In this document: piece after piece, positions 11,854 to 24,811 of the stretch
Position numbering within the stretch: position 1 is the first letter of the stretch
Layout of the letters: every line of letters begins with the position of its first letter
Origin: Chrysomallon squamiferum
Lineage: Eukaryota > Animalia > Mollusca
NCBI GenBank assembly: GCA_012295275.1
Contig: CM022668.1
Coordinates: forward strand, 14,632,001 to 14,696,000
Direction of reading: 5' to 3'
DNA: 64,000 nt
Made by a program: the position numbers and the translations under genes
The notes under the pieces: generated by a model
What the model saw: only the letters and a program-made list of their open reading frames with translations
What the model was told of the DNA's origin: nothing
Databases searched by the model: none

Positions 11854-12281
11854 ATGGCACGTCGTAAACTGTAAGACTCTACAACGTGACAGATTATTGA
11901 CATCAGAAATGCAGGACTGTCCTTCAGCCAAATTGGACGTTAATATCAGTGCAGTATTTCAGCATTTCAAGAGAGATAAACAAAGACAGGGTTGTCACTG
12001 ATGTTAGAGATCGTCCAAGAGCTGGCAGAGCCCGGAAGACGACAATAAGAGATTACAGAACATAGCTGAGTCTTGCTAGATTCCTTTCAGGGAACACAAG
12101 CACATCTTTGAAACAGCAGTGGTTACCAGGGACAGCTATTTTCTACAGTACTGTCAGGAATCTGCTAAAAGCAGAAAGATACAGGGCCAGAAGACAGATC
12201 AAATCTATAAAACTGTCTTCAGCTCACAAAGCAGCACGACTTGTCTGATGTAATCAACGTGTTCGCTGGAACACTGCAACT
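11854..12281 (+). mobile_element. Tc1/mariner transposase remnant, copy 3
   Basis: Near-identical to 4856-5283. Confidence 0.88.
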
Positions 12282-13103
12282 TTTCATACGACAGCGCAGT
12301 GCTCATTGTTGCTTGAGATAAAGGTCTGCAAGTTACAGTGCCGTATTATCCTTACGCTTCGAGCCTTTTTTTGGCACTGATCATCCCCGACCGCCCCTCC
12401 GCGCCAATTTCAAACTCTCCTTTCGTGCAGTGTATTGGAATAATATTATACATCAAGTAAATATTTGAGCAACAAAGAAAATAATATCATCTTATCAGAG
12501 AACCTTTAATTAGCATGAAGCAAAGGCACATCAAAATATCGGTAGTGTACTGGAAAGTTAAAAACACCTATTCCTACAAAGGTATCTAGGTACTTAAACA
12601 TTTATCTCGTTAATGCGTGAACAAATTGATCTAGAATATTGTTAAAATTTAATTTCCAGAGGACAGATGAGTCTATATCCATTAATGCCAAATCACTGAG
12701 CGTTTTATCTTTCAGACTCGATCAGAGGTAGCTGTTTAAGAGCAGAAAATGAGCTCTCTCCAGAACAGTTTGTATCGAGAAGTGATAAGGGAATATATAA
12801 AAGATATATACATTTTTGGAAACGTTTCTTGCATTTAATTTTAGCAGTTTAAGATTGGGTCGGTGGGTGGGGGTAACCCCCATTCGGCCCTGAATATTTA
12901 TCAAAATTTAGCATAAATTTACCCAGCATTTCTGTTTAATGTAGATTAACTCACCCTTAGCATCTCTCGTATGAAAGAGAAAATTAATTTCGTTGACCCG
13001 CATTAAGCGTTTGCCGCGCACATAGTTATGTCATTTAACACCAAGAGAGAAAAAGAAATTGGTTGCAAATATCTGTTGTTAAATAATAATGATGATAATA
13101 ATG

Positions 13104-13169
<66 letters not shown>

Positions 13170-15846
13170 TTTCAAATTTAAAAAAAAAAGAACATGACCT
13201 GCACTAATACTAAGCCAGTAAATAATAATTTTTGATTGTAGTATTAAATATACTAATTCTATGTAAGAAATATAATCTTTTGTGTAATTCCCATTTCCAG
13301 TAGAATGTTGAGCTCTAATTAATACTGTTACATTATGGCTGCTTTGTTGTTGTTGCAGACACAATAAAAGAGAAAAGTGTTTAAGTGATACATTTTGTCA
13401 TTGAAGGTTAAGTAGTAATAACTCGGTTATTGATGTGTTCCAAAGAATTAGTTCTCTTTAGCTGGATTACACTATTAATGGAGTAAGAAGACAAATATTT
13501 TCAGACAAATTTTAATTAGCATGAAGTAAAGCAATGCCTGTACTTTACTGGTAAAGGTAAACACAAATATGCCTATACAGTTATCTAGGTATACAAGAAA
13601 AGAAAAAAAAGCAAATTGTCAAACTTTAAACAAACTGATCCAGAATATTGTTAAAATTGAATTTCCAGATCACAGCAAGTTTGTACATGGATTAATGAGA
13701 AATTATTGAGCTTCTCATATTTGAGTGTGGATCACGTCTAACAGCAGAAAAAGATCTCTCTCCAGAACCGTTTGTGACGAGAAGTGACAAGTAAATAAGT
13801 AAACAAATGTCAATGTTTGGAAAAGTTTCTTATGTTTCAGTTTTGATAATGTTGACCAGCAGGAAAATTAAAATTTGGAGGTGACTGTCAGGCATTCAGT
13901 CTATCTGTGATAGTACATAAAAATTTCATATAAATTGAACCATAATTTATTTTTTATATAGTTTATCGGATACTTAGGATCTCTCGCATCCAAGAGTATT
14001 TCTATAAATTAATTTCAGTGATGTGCGTGGAATATTTGTATTAACATTTAATACTAAAAAAAAAAAAAAAATTGCATGTGTCCCTTCTCTTGGTCGGCCC
14101 CTAGGCTTCAACCTGGTCAGCTTTAGGGATAATGTCGCGATAGCTTTAATGCTCAAGGAAAATATATTTTTGGCTGAGGGAAAACGTATTTCTCCGAAAA
14201 TATTAATTTACTCTGGACAGAGTTTCTACACAAGTTAGTGGCTTTATTAACTATTATTTCTTACTTCTAGGACCGACACATTCTTTTTTTACCTCATCTA
14301 AATAGTCTCTTAAGTTTTATATTACGTGAAACTGTGAACATAATTATAATAATCTTGTCAGACACACACAACACATACGAATACACGATCACAGAGACCG
14401 ATACAGATCACAGAGCGTATAAATTAAACATACTATAATTTAGATATATACAAACAAACGACCTTTCCTTCAAAAATCAATCAGTATTTTGGTTACACAT
14501 AAACGAAAAGCCTCTGTTTGAAGAATACATCAGTTATTCAGTTACAGAGAAATGAATGCTACCTTTTTCTAAAATAGACTAGTACTTTCTTTGCAAATCA
14601 AAATGTGTGGAGTTCTAAATATTTAATTCGATTGACAAAATAACTGCTTACTACCGCATAATTTTTATTTGCACAAATGTATTAGTTAATATTGCTGTTT
14701 TGGACTTACATCCTAACAAAAAACAAAAAATATATATATATATATAAATAAAAAAATAAAAATAAAAATAAATAAATAAATAAAATAAATAAAGTAAATA
14801 AAGTAAGATAGTGTAACTAAAACAATGGTCATGCTGAGAATTAGGTTAAGATTACGAAAATTTCCTTTTAGTGGCAAATGCGTGGTGTTCGTATTTTCTA
14901 TCAAAACATCCTAAGAATAAAGTAAAATAAATAAATAAATAAATAAAACAAAATAAAATAAGGAAGAAGTGATAGTAACTCAGTTATTGACGCATTTTTT
15001 CAAAGAGTTAATTTCTTAGCTGGATTATTTTATCTTTCTGTCTATCTATTTCTCTATCTGCCCATCCACCATCTATCTAATAACATCTATATACATATAT
15101 ATTTCTTTAATCCGGAAAAGTAATTTGTATTGATCAATAACATAATAGAGATATTTTAATTGATAAGTAAAGCCTAATAATATTTATGTGATAAATTTAG
15201 TTAATTAAGTGTTGTGAAATGTTTCATTATAATCTCCACTAATACCCTTTTTCTGTCAATTACAAGTATTTTCTTCAAGCAATATTACTTTTCATTAATT
15301 AATTAATTTATTTATTACAAGTTTAAAACATCTTACCCGAAGCCATTTTTATCTTTTCCCAAAATTAATAAAATAGCAAAATTGAATTCAGTTAGGACTG
15401 ATAGCTGCTTTACGATAAATACAGCATAGTACTCGTTGTTGTATTAGATAAGGGTTGGTAAGAAACAAGTGCCCAAGGTAGGCGCTTAGACTTCCAGCTT
15501 TTAGGGGCCCCTCGACATCTCCCACCAACGCATCTCCTGGCGAATTTCAAGCTCTCCTTTCATAAAATGTATTGCAATAATATTGAAAATGAAGTAATCA
15601 ATGGTGGAACAAAGAAAATTATATCATCTTATCAGACAACCTTTAATTTTTCTCGTTGATTTTTTAACAACCTATTCTACATTTTTTGATGACAAATTAC
15701 TGAGCTTTTCATCTTTCAGAGTCAATCACGGCTAATTCTTAATACGTTTAAGAACAGAAAACGACCTCTCTAAAGAGCAGTTTGTACCGAGAAGTGACAA
15801 GTACATACGTAATCAAAGTAGCAGCAGTAGTACTAGTTCCAAAAAT

Positions 15847-15973
<127 letters not shown>

Positions 15974-16154
15974 ATAAACATTACGCAAAACTTATAAACA
16001 TAAACATTTAATAATAAACTGGCCCAAACTGATGTTAAAATATAACAGCTTAAAGAAAAACCTATTAATTCTTTTCTAGACAAATATAAAACCAATCCTT
16101 TACAATATTTACGACAAAGTTAATATTCAATTCAGTAGTCAGTCCTTCGCTTTT

Positions 16155-16325
16155 TATTGTTTATCCTCGCGTTTTCTGAGTTCTTCTTCGTTCTCCTTCA
16201 ATATTTTCTCTTCTCGTTTTCTTACTTGTTCTTTCGTGTTTTTAAATTTTATTTTATTTGTCATTTTCTTGTTGGTTGATGTTGCTTTGTTCTTGGCCTG
16301 CTGTTCTCGCTGTTGCACTTTTCAT
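16155..16325 (-). pseudogene. GIMAP coiled-coil tail remnant (GTPase domain absent)
   Basis: Minus strand reads ...KEQVRKREEKILKENEEELRKREDKQ*, matching REEKILKEKEE of the GIMAP tails. The adjacent 15970-16140 matches the GIMAP 3' flank at 22120-22440. Confidence 0.6.
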
Positions 16326-16844
16326 CTTACTATTTTAATGTTTTGTATCAGAATTCACACACACACACACACACACACATACATTATTTACTTTCATCGT
16401 GATGTTATTAAAATGTAATACTTCATTGTTCATAATATTTTGTTAACTAGTAGATATATTATTATTATTATTATTTTCATTATTATTGTGCTATCATTGT
16501 TATTATTGTTCTTGTTTGTTTCTATACACATATATAATAAAGTAGTCTTGTTTCTTTATTACAGTAACCTATCTCACTATTTTTGCAGCATAAATATTTA
16601 TCACCAGGACATACAAAATAATTAGCATTGATTTATTGATTTATAATTAGGATGTTTCTAATTAATTTGCTTTTATATTCTATACCCTATGTATTGAGAT
16701 GTATAACTTTTCAAATCATCAACACTTCTTATCTCCATTGTTGATCTTTGTGTCCGTCTCACTCACTTTAATTTCGTGTCGTTTTTAAGGAGAGGTTTTT
16801 CTTTCAGTAATATTATGTTGGCCTTTGTTGATGACTGAAGAAAA

Positions 16845-17455
<611 letters not shown>

Positions 17456-17875
17456 GTTAAGAATTGAGTGGTATGGTATTATATAGATCGTCAATCCTTT
17501 ATCAGAAATGTTTATAGAATATAATGAAATAGCCCGAGAAAAGGAACTTAATCTAAATATGAATGCCATGTATATTTCATATATAGCTTATATGAAGATA
17601 ATATTTTAAATATTTTTGTTCATGAAATAAAATCTTCGTTTTATCTTTCTGTCTTTCTTTCTTTTTCCATAGATCAGTCTCATTTTAATGATAAAATACC
17701 AACAATATATACTCCAGTCGTAAATATTAAGAACAGTGTTCAGCATTTTCAATAACCACTAATTTTAATTTCATTTCTAAATGGTAGAGAAACAAAATTG
17801 GTTAATTATCTTTTAAGAAATAAAAATACTGACTACAGTTATAATAATAATAATACTATTAGAGGGAGTACTGGT

Positions 17876-17883
17876 AATAGTAA

Positions 17884-17936
<53 letters not shown>

Positions 17937-17991
17937 ATAATAATAACAACAGTAACGGTAGTAATAATACTATAAAATTAGGATAATGATG

Positions 17992-18028
<37 letters not shown>
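17876..18028. repeat. (TAG)n and (TAA)n microsatellites
   Basis: Direct inspection. Confidence 0.95.
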
Positions 18029-18029
<1 letters not shown>

Positions 18030-18090
18030 TGTAATAGAAATAGTAGCAATAGCAGAAATGTTAGTAGTAGTACTAATAATAAATAATAAA

Positions 18091-18267
18091 TGTTATGTTT
18101 TAACATTAAAATATAAAGTTCATTTCAGTTTCCAAACAATTTATTTCGTTTCAAAAATGGCTACGAACAAAAACTAACGGACGCTTCCGGTGACGTCATA
18201 TTATTCCGGTTCCCCTAAACATTGTAAACTGTAAGAATGTTAACCATAACACCATTTAGATACAACA
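18091..18267 (-). repeat. 3' LTR (177 bp)
   Basis: TGTTATG...TACAACA, a direct repeat of 21931-22117. Confidence 0.97.
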
Positions 18268-18279
18268 CTTCCTCCCCTC
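18268..18279 (-). other. Polypurine tract
   Basis: GAGGGGAGGAAG on the minus strand, abutting the 3' LTR. Confidence 0.92.
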
Positions 18280-18348
18280 AAAATTTTCAGTTTACCCACA
18301 AATTATGTTATATCTAAAATTCTAATATAAGATTGTGTGATTTACTAA

Positions 18349-21299
18349 TTAGTAATAATTAAACAACTGAGTCAACATTTCAGACTCAGTACCAACTGCA
18401 GACAGTTCTGGGGAAGGGTTCCTATTATCCTCCAAATACGCACATTTACGAAGTTGATCCACATGTCTTTTACACACAAAATCTCCAACTTTCACTCTGT
18501 GGGTAACAGGCCCTAGCTGACACAGTACTTTTTCACTCAACCACTTGTCAGATCCTGTGTAGTTCTTCACTTGTACTGAATCTCCAACATTGAACACCCG
18601 TGTTTTACTTGCTTTTGGAATAGATCTCTTTTTAACAGAGTTCTCCAAATTCTCCAAACTTGGACGCAAGATACTCGTTTGAACACATCTGCCAAGAAAC
18701 AATTCTGATGGAGTACATTTTGTAGTACAGTGCGGAGTGTTCCGATACAGAAACAAGAATGATGAAATCTTCTGGTTCATGGTTCGTGACTCAACTGTTT
18801 TCATTGCAGTTTTGAAAGTACGAACAGCTCTTTCTGCCTCGCCATTTGAACTTGGATGATATGGAGCTGTTTTGATGTGTTTCACTTCATTTTTCTTAAG
18901 AAATGTTTCAAATTCCTCTGCAACAAACTGAGGTCCATTATCAGAAATCAACTGCTCTGGCATTCCATAACTTGCGAAAAGATTTCTCAGTGTCTCTACT
19001 GCATGCGTTGCTCTGGTACTGGACATCTGAAAAACTTCCATCCATTTAGAATGTGCATCCACCACAATCATGAACATTTCTTTCATGAATGGTCCAGCAA
19101 AATCAACATGTATTCTTTGCCATGGTTTGGTGGGCCAAATCCATGCATTAGCTGTACTTTTTGGCATGAATGTTTATTGTAGTTGGCAACACTTACACTT
19201 GCTAACTTTCTGTTCTATGACAATATCCATATGAGGCCACCACACATGCAATCTAGCCAAAGATTTCATTCGCACAATTCCAGGATGATTTTCATGAAGA
19301 TAATACAGAATATCTGTTCGATATTTATCGGCAATTTATCTTCCTCTGAGAAGACAGTGTTCCTCCACGGTTAATTCATCTTTCACTCTGAAATACGGTA
19401 ATAGCTCAGGTGAACTAGAAGGCTCTTTTGGCCATCCATACATGTTATAAAGTACAACCCGAGATAACACTTTGTCGACTTCAGTTGCTTTTGCAATATT
19501 TCTTGCAGTGATAGGTAATCCGTTGACTTGATTTCTCACTGCTTGCTTGTCTTCATGCCGAAACACACTTTCAGATATTTCTTCAGTTTGCACAAGTGGT
19601 AGTCGGGACAATGCATCAGCATTTCCATTTTTGGTAGTTTTTCTGTACTTAATGTCAAACTGATATGCGGCTAACTGAATAGCCCAACGCTGTAGTCGAG
19701 AGGCTGTCAGAACTGGAATATTCTTTTTAGGTCCAAGAATCATTGTCAGTGGTTTGTGATCTGTGAACAAAGTAAATCTTCTACCATACAGGTACTGATG
19801 GAACTTGTGTATTCCAAAAATTATTGCCAGTGCTTCTTTCTCAATTTGGGAATATTTGCATTCTGCTTGTGATATTACCGCTCCAAGACCATGCGCAGAT
19901 GCATCTACTGCCAACATTACTGGTTTCATCGAGTCATGGTGGACAAGAGTTTTAGATGATGCTAACAGTTTTCTCACTTTGGAAAATGTTTGGTGACAAT
20001 CATCACTCCATTTCCACTCTGTATCTTTGGTTAACAACGCTGTTAGCGGTGCCACCACTGTTGACATATTGGGTACAAACTTGCGATAGTAATTCACAAT
20101 ACCTAACCAAGATTGCAACTCACTCTTATTCTTAGGTTCAGGCATTTTCAGAATAACTTCAACTTTTCTTTCAGAAGGTTGAATCCCATTTTTGTTCACA
20201 AGAAATGCAAAGTACTCAACTTCATCTTTCATCAATGCACATTTGGACCTTTTCAGTTGAATTGCATATTTTTCAAGGCGTTTCAAAGTATTTTTCAAAT
20301 GTTTCAAGTGTTCGGTGTCATCCTTTCCAGTGTCTATGATGTCATCCAAAATGTAACCTACACCTTTTAGCCCTTGAAGCACTTCGTCCATAGTTTGTTG
20401 AAAAATAGCAGGCGCTGCAGCAACTCAAAATGGCAACCTTGTATAGCGATAAAATCCAAGGTGAGTATTGACTGTGACATAGTTCCTCGACTCTTCATCA
20501 AGCAACACTTGCTGGTATCCACGTGACAAATCCAGTTTTGAGAACTTTTGTCCTCCATTGAGTTTGCTGAAAATGTCTTCTGCAGTGGGCAAAGGATATT
20601 CAGGCACTTCCAACACAGGGTTTATGGTAACCTTGTAATCGCCACAAATGCGAATGGTACTGTCAGGTTTTAAAACAGGTACAATAGGAGAAGCCCATTC
20701 AGAAAAATCCACCTTTTCTACTATTCCTTCTGCTTCAAGTCTGTGAAGTTCATCAGCTATCTTTTCCTTCAAAGCATAAGGTACTGGTCTAGCCTTGAAA
20801 AACTTTGGAGTACCATCATCCTTCACTTTCAGATGAGCTCTTATGCCTTTTACTGTTCCCAATTCATTTGAAAAAAATGAATATCTACTGAACAAATCTT
20901 CAGGATTTCCACAGGCTTTCATAATCTTAATACTGTTCCAGTCCAACTGAATGTTTTGGAACCAATTCCATCCAAACAAAGTTGGTCCATTTCCTTTCAC
21001 CACAATTAAAGGTAAAAGTCTTTTCTGCTTTCCATATTTAACAATCACCTCAAATTGCCCAAGGACTGGCACCACTTCATCTGTATAAGTTTTCAACACA
21101 GTCGACGTTGATTTTAATGGCACCGTTTGTTCAATTTTTCTTGATAACTCTTATTAGAAATTATCGATACAGAAGCACCTGTATCTACTTCCATTTTGAA
21201 TGACACACCATTGAGTTCCAATGAAATTTGAATTTCTTTCGCTTTCGTAGATTTCACTGCGAACATTGACTGTTCAAAATCACCGTCATTTCTTTCCAT
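18349..21299 (-). pseudogene. pol: Gypsy pol (protease, RT, RNase H, integrase), frameshifted into at least 4 ORFs
   Basis: VDTGASVS protease. RT motifs WASPIVPV, RICGDYK, YTRLPF and YILDDII. RNase H motifs DASAHGLGAV, EKEALAI and TDHKPL, with an internal deletion between ISQ and AECKY. Integrase motifs HVDFAGP, SDNGPQF and NGEAER. Confidence 0.96.
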
Positions 21300-21385
21300 T
21301 GCATCCTCTTTATTTTCTAGAACAGCTTTTGTAATTTCTGATTCAGTTTTGTTATTTCCAGATTCTTCATGAACCTCATGAATTT

Positions 21386-21891
21386 TTAAACCTTTCTATT
21401 TTTTTTCTGTTGATTTCGACATTTTCTACTCAAATGTCCTGTTTCATTACACTTATAACAGTTTGCCTTTTTGTAAAAACAGACATCATGATGATGATTA
21501 ATTTTACCGCACCGGAAGCATACAGTGACAGTTTCTCTAGCTGCCATTTCCATTCTAACAGCTATTTGCAAGGCTTTCCTCACTGATAAGTCATGTTCAG
21601 AGAGAAGTTTTTTCTGTATTGACTTTTCAGATAGACCACAGACCAAAATGTCTCTTAATGCTTCAGTCAGGTTTTCAATTTTTCGTAATTCTTACTTGCC
21701 GGTTTCACAGGCGAAGTCAGATTTCGAATCAACCTGTAAGTCTTGGCACCACATACGGACAACAAAATGGAACGTTTCTTTTCGGCATCGGTTACATCAT
21801 TCGCTAACAGATGCTGTTCCAAACATTCGATGTATTCATCCCAATCGGAGTTTTCTAGATCAAACTCTTCAAGTTTACCGTAGGTAGCCAT
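21386..21891 (-). pseudogene. gag: Gypsy gag, disrupted
   Basis: MATYGKLEEFDLENSDWDEYIE N-terminus and two CCHC knuckles (CFRCGKINHHHDVC, CYKCNETGHLSRKC), split over two ORFs. Confidence 0.93.
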
Positions 21892-21910
21892 AAACAGTTC
21901 AACAAGTGTT

Positions 21911-21928
21911 ATCCCATCCTCGTCGCCA
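21911..21928 (-). other. Primer-binding site complementary to the tRNA-Ser(GCU) 3' end
   Basis: TGGCGACGAGGATGGGAT lies 2 nt from the 5' LTR. The plus strand ATCCCATCCTCGTCG-CCA matches the animal tRNA-Ser(GCT) 3' end as I recall it. Confidence 0.88.
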
Positions 21929-21930
21929 AT

Positions 21931-22117
21931 TGTTATGTTTTAACATTAAAACATAAAGGTCATTTCAGTTTCCAAACAATTTATTTCGTTCCAAAAATGG
22001 CTACGAACAAAAACTAACGCACGCTCCCGGTGACATCGTATAACACTCTTTTATTCCGGTTCCCCTAAACATTGTAAACTGTAACAATGTTAACCATAAC
22101 ACTATTTAGATAAAACA
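21931..22117 (-). repeat. 5' LTR (187 bp)
   Basis: TGTTATG...TAAAACA. Differs from the 3' LTR by about 10 substitutions and one 10-bp indel. Confidence 0.97.
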
Positions 22118-22479
22118 ATAAACATTACGCCAAAAATATAAATATAAATATACACACGAGGATATCCATAGACATTTACTAAGTAAATTGGCTCCAACCT
22201 ACACGTACTCTGTATTCATAACATAGATTAATGTTTGCAACACAAAACTTTAAAAATGATTTTCTTTTAATGTCCTTTGTTCTATAGAAAAAATACATCT
22301 ACAGTGCTAATACAAAAGAATATAAGGAACTGATGTTAAAATATGACAGATTAAAGAAAACTCTATTACAGATTTTTTCTAGACAAATATAAAACCAGTC
22401 CTTTACAATATTTATGAGAAAGTTAATATTCAGTTCAACTGTTAGTTCTTTATTTGTATTTTTTACCTTCACGATCTTA

Positions 22480-23402
22480 CTAAGTCCTGTTTACCAAAAA
22501 AAAAAAAAAAAAAGACTTGATTCCCGAAACTATAGAATTCAACAACTTGAGTCTGTTTCTGCTTTTTTTCTAACTTCATTTCGTGCCTGTTTCTTCTGTT
22601 TATTTTCTTGTTTTTTTTTTTAGTTTTTCTTGAAGTTGTCTCACCTTTGCTTCTTCTATTTCTATCTGCTTCTGTCTTACCCTCTCCTCAGACTTCTTCT
22701 GATCCATTTCTAGTTGTGCCGTTTTTATCCTTTGCTCTTCCTGAAGCTTCTATTTTAGTATTTGCATTTCTCGTTCTCTCTCCTTCAGTTCTTCCTCTTC
22801 GCGTTTTCTTACTTCTTCTGCTTCCTTCATTAGTTCCTTTCTTCGTTTTTCCATTTCTTCTTTCTCCTTCTTTATTTTCTCCTCGCGTTGTTTGGCTTCT
22901 TTTTCAGTTTTTTCCATTTTTTCCCTGAATTCTCTCGCAATTTTTTCTTGCTGCTGTTGTATTTCTTTTTCTTTCTCCTTCAATATTTTTGCTCGTGTTC
23001 TTTGCCTTCTTTCAAACGTTTTTCCATTTTTTCCTTCATATCTTTCTCAATTTTTTCTCGCTCCTTTTGTATTTCTTTTTCTTTCTTTTCCAGCATTTCT
23101 TTTTCACGCTTTTGTACTTCTTTTTCAGCTGCATCCAGTAATTCTGATTTATAATATTTGCCATGATTTTTTCTCACGTTTTTATGTATCTTGTCGATCA
23201 GGTCAAAAACCATTTTCTCCTTCTTTTTCTCATCTGTTTCGCGATTGTTGAATCCGACACATCTTCGTCCACATCTTTTAAGTAATTGTTGAAGGTTTTA
23301 TGGTGCATCACCCAAAAATTCTTCAAGTTTTACATCATCTGCTTCAAGGTTGTCTACTCCGGTGAACAACAATAACAGGTACTTAAAGAATGCTTTTCCA
23401 AT
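22480..23402 (-). pseudogene. GIMAP: GIMAP/AIG1 GTPase pseudogene (acceptor and G1-G3 deleted, internal stop, frameshifted coiled-coil tail)
   Basis: Reads GKAFFKYLLLLFTGVDNLEADDVKLEEFLGDAP*NLQQLLKRCGRRCVGFNNRE...YYKSELL. TAA at 23298-23300. Intron sequence is fused directly to the middle of the exon at ~23402. The tail aligns with the C-terminus of 52691-53904. Confidence 0.92.
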
Positions 23403-24801
23403 GCTCTTATCGTTGCTAATATTCTAAATCATTATCATTATCATCATTATGATTTATCTACTTATGAAAATATCTATCAGTCTGTGTATCGGTGCAAGCA
23501 TTATTTTCATTCTGTTGTTGTTGTTGATAAAATGAAATAATCATTATTATCATCATTATGATCATTTTCATTAACATAACCACTACTACCACAATATTAC
23601 AACTACTATTCTTACAACTCTCTCTACTGTTACTGCCTCTCAAACCACTATTACTGTTAGTAGTACAACGATCGCTTCAAACCCAATCCTATTGCCACTC
23701 TGTCTACAGCTACTATTACTATGTTTTGTTAACTACTATTACTGCTCTCTCTACAACCGCTACTACTGCTCACGCTACTACAACGACTATTTCTGCTCTT
23801 TCTACAACTAATATTATTAGGCTGTCTATAATTACGTATAATAATCTCTCTACAAGTACTATTACTAATCTCTCTAGATCTATGGTTACTACCTCTGTCT
23901 GTAACTAATGTAACTACTTTTTCTATCGCTACTATTCCTAGACTCTCTACAACTACTGTTACTACTACCTCTACAGCTACGTTGACCACTCTCTCTTCAA
24001 CTACTGCTATTCTCTGTCTAGAACTACTGTTACTACATTTCTTCATTTCGCACTGAGTGGTAAGCGCATGTTAGACAAAGTTAGATGTTTATACAACTAC
24101 TGTTTTAATGATAATCCTGTGAAGTAAACATTTCCTTGTTAAAGAAAACACGGCACATTTTGCTGTTATACCAGCTTGTCATTTCCAATTGCCTCGACTT
24201 CGTAATGCTACGTACAAATACCACAGGAAATATGGTTGTTTACTTCTCGTACGACACATTTGTTTTTGACCCAGTTTATTTAATCGGTTAATTTCGAATG
24301 CCTTTCACATTAGATGATTAATAAATGAATGAATGAATGAATGAATGAATGAATAAACAAAAAATTATTTTTAAATCTGATAGTTAACCTGGCTCAGAAA
24401 CATACAAATTCATACAAATCACACAGAGTATAAATAGAACACAACATAGTTTAAATATATAGAAATAATGCTTTTCTTTCAAAAGTCAGCCAGTATTTTA
24501 GTTACGTAGCAACGAACTGCTTCTGTTTGGAAAATACATCAATAATTCAGTTACTGAGAAATGAATGCTTCATTTTTCTGAAATAGATTACTAATTTAGT
24601 TACCAAAGGTGCTTGATCCCAAACATATGTTTTGAAATAAGAAATAACTGCCTATTTGGGCAAGTTCGTAAGTTAACATTGGTGTATTAAACTGTTAAAT
24701 ATGCGTAATGGAAAATATATATATATAAATAAAATATATTAGAATAATATGATGGAACCTCATTATACATGGGCTTGTTAGAAGCTGTATTATATAATTA
24801 G

Positions 24802-24811
24802 GGGAAGTTCC
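24802..24811 (+). promoter_or_regulatory. NF-kB consensus site at the edge of a unique CpG-richer segment
   Basis: GGGAAGTTCC fits GGGRNNYYCC. Motif match only. Confidence 0.3.

Larger units (their letters stand above)
4190..13290. repeat. Higher-order tandem duplication with 3.2-3.8 kb units (GIMAP-type intron + 175-nt exon + 700-bp unit + Tc1/hAT remnant block)
   Basis: The Tc1/hAT block occurs three times (~4560-6230, ~8310-10060, ~11550-13290). The intron+exon block occurs twice (6240-7156, 10070-10986, offset 3830). Confidence 0.95.
18091..22117 (-). mobile_element. Ty3/Gypsy LTR retrotransposon (Mag-like, structurally complete, coding-defective)
   Basis: Two TG...CA LTRs, 5-bp TSD ATAAA (18086-18090 and 22118-22122), PBS, PPT, and domain order gag-PR-RT-RH-INT on the minus strand. 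Confidence 0.98.

Noticed and set aside
21911-21928. tRNA-Ser gene
   Set aside because: Only the 18-nt 3' end including CCA is present, next to an LTR. It is a primer-binding site.
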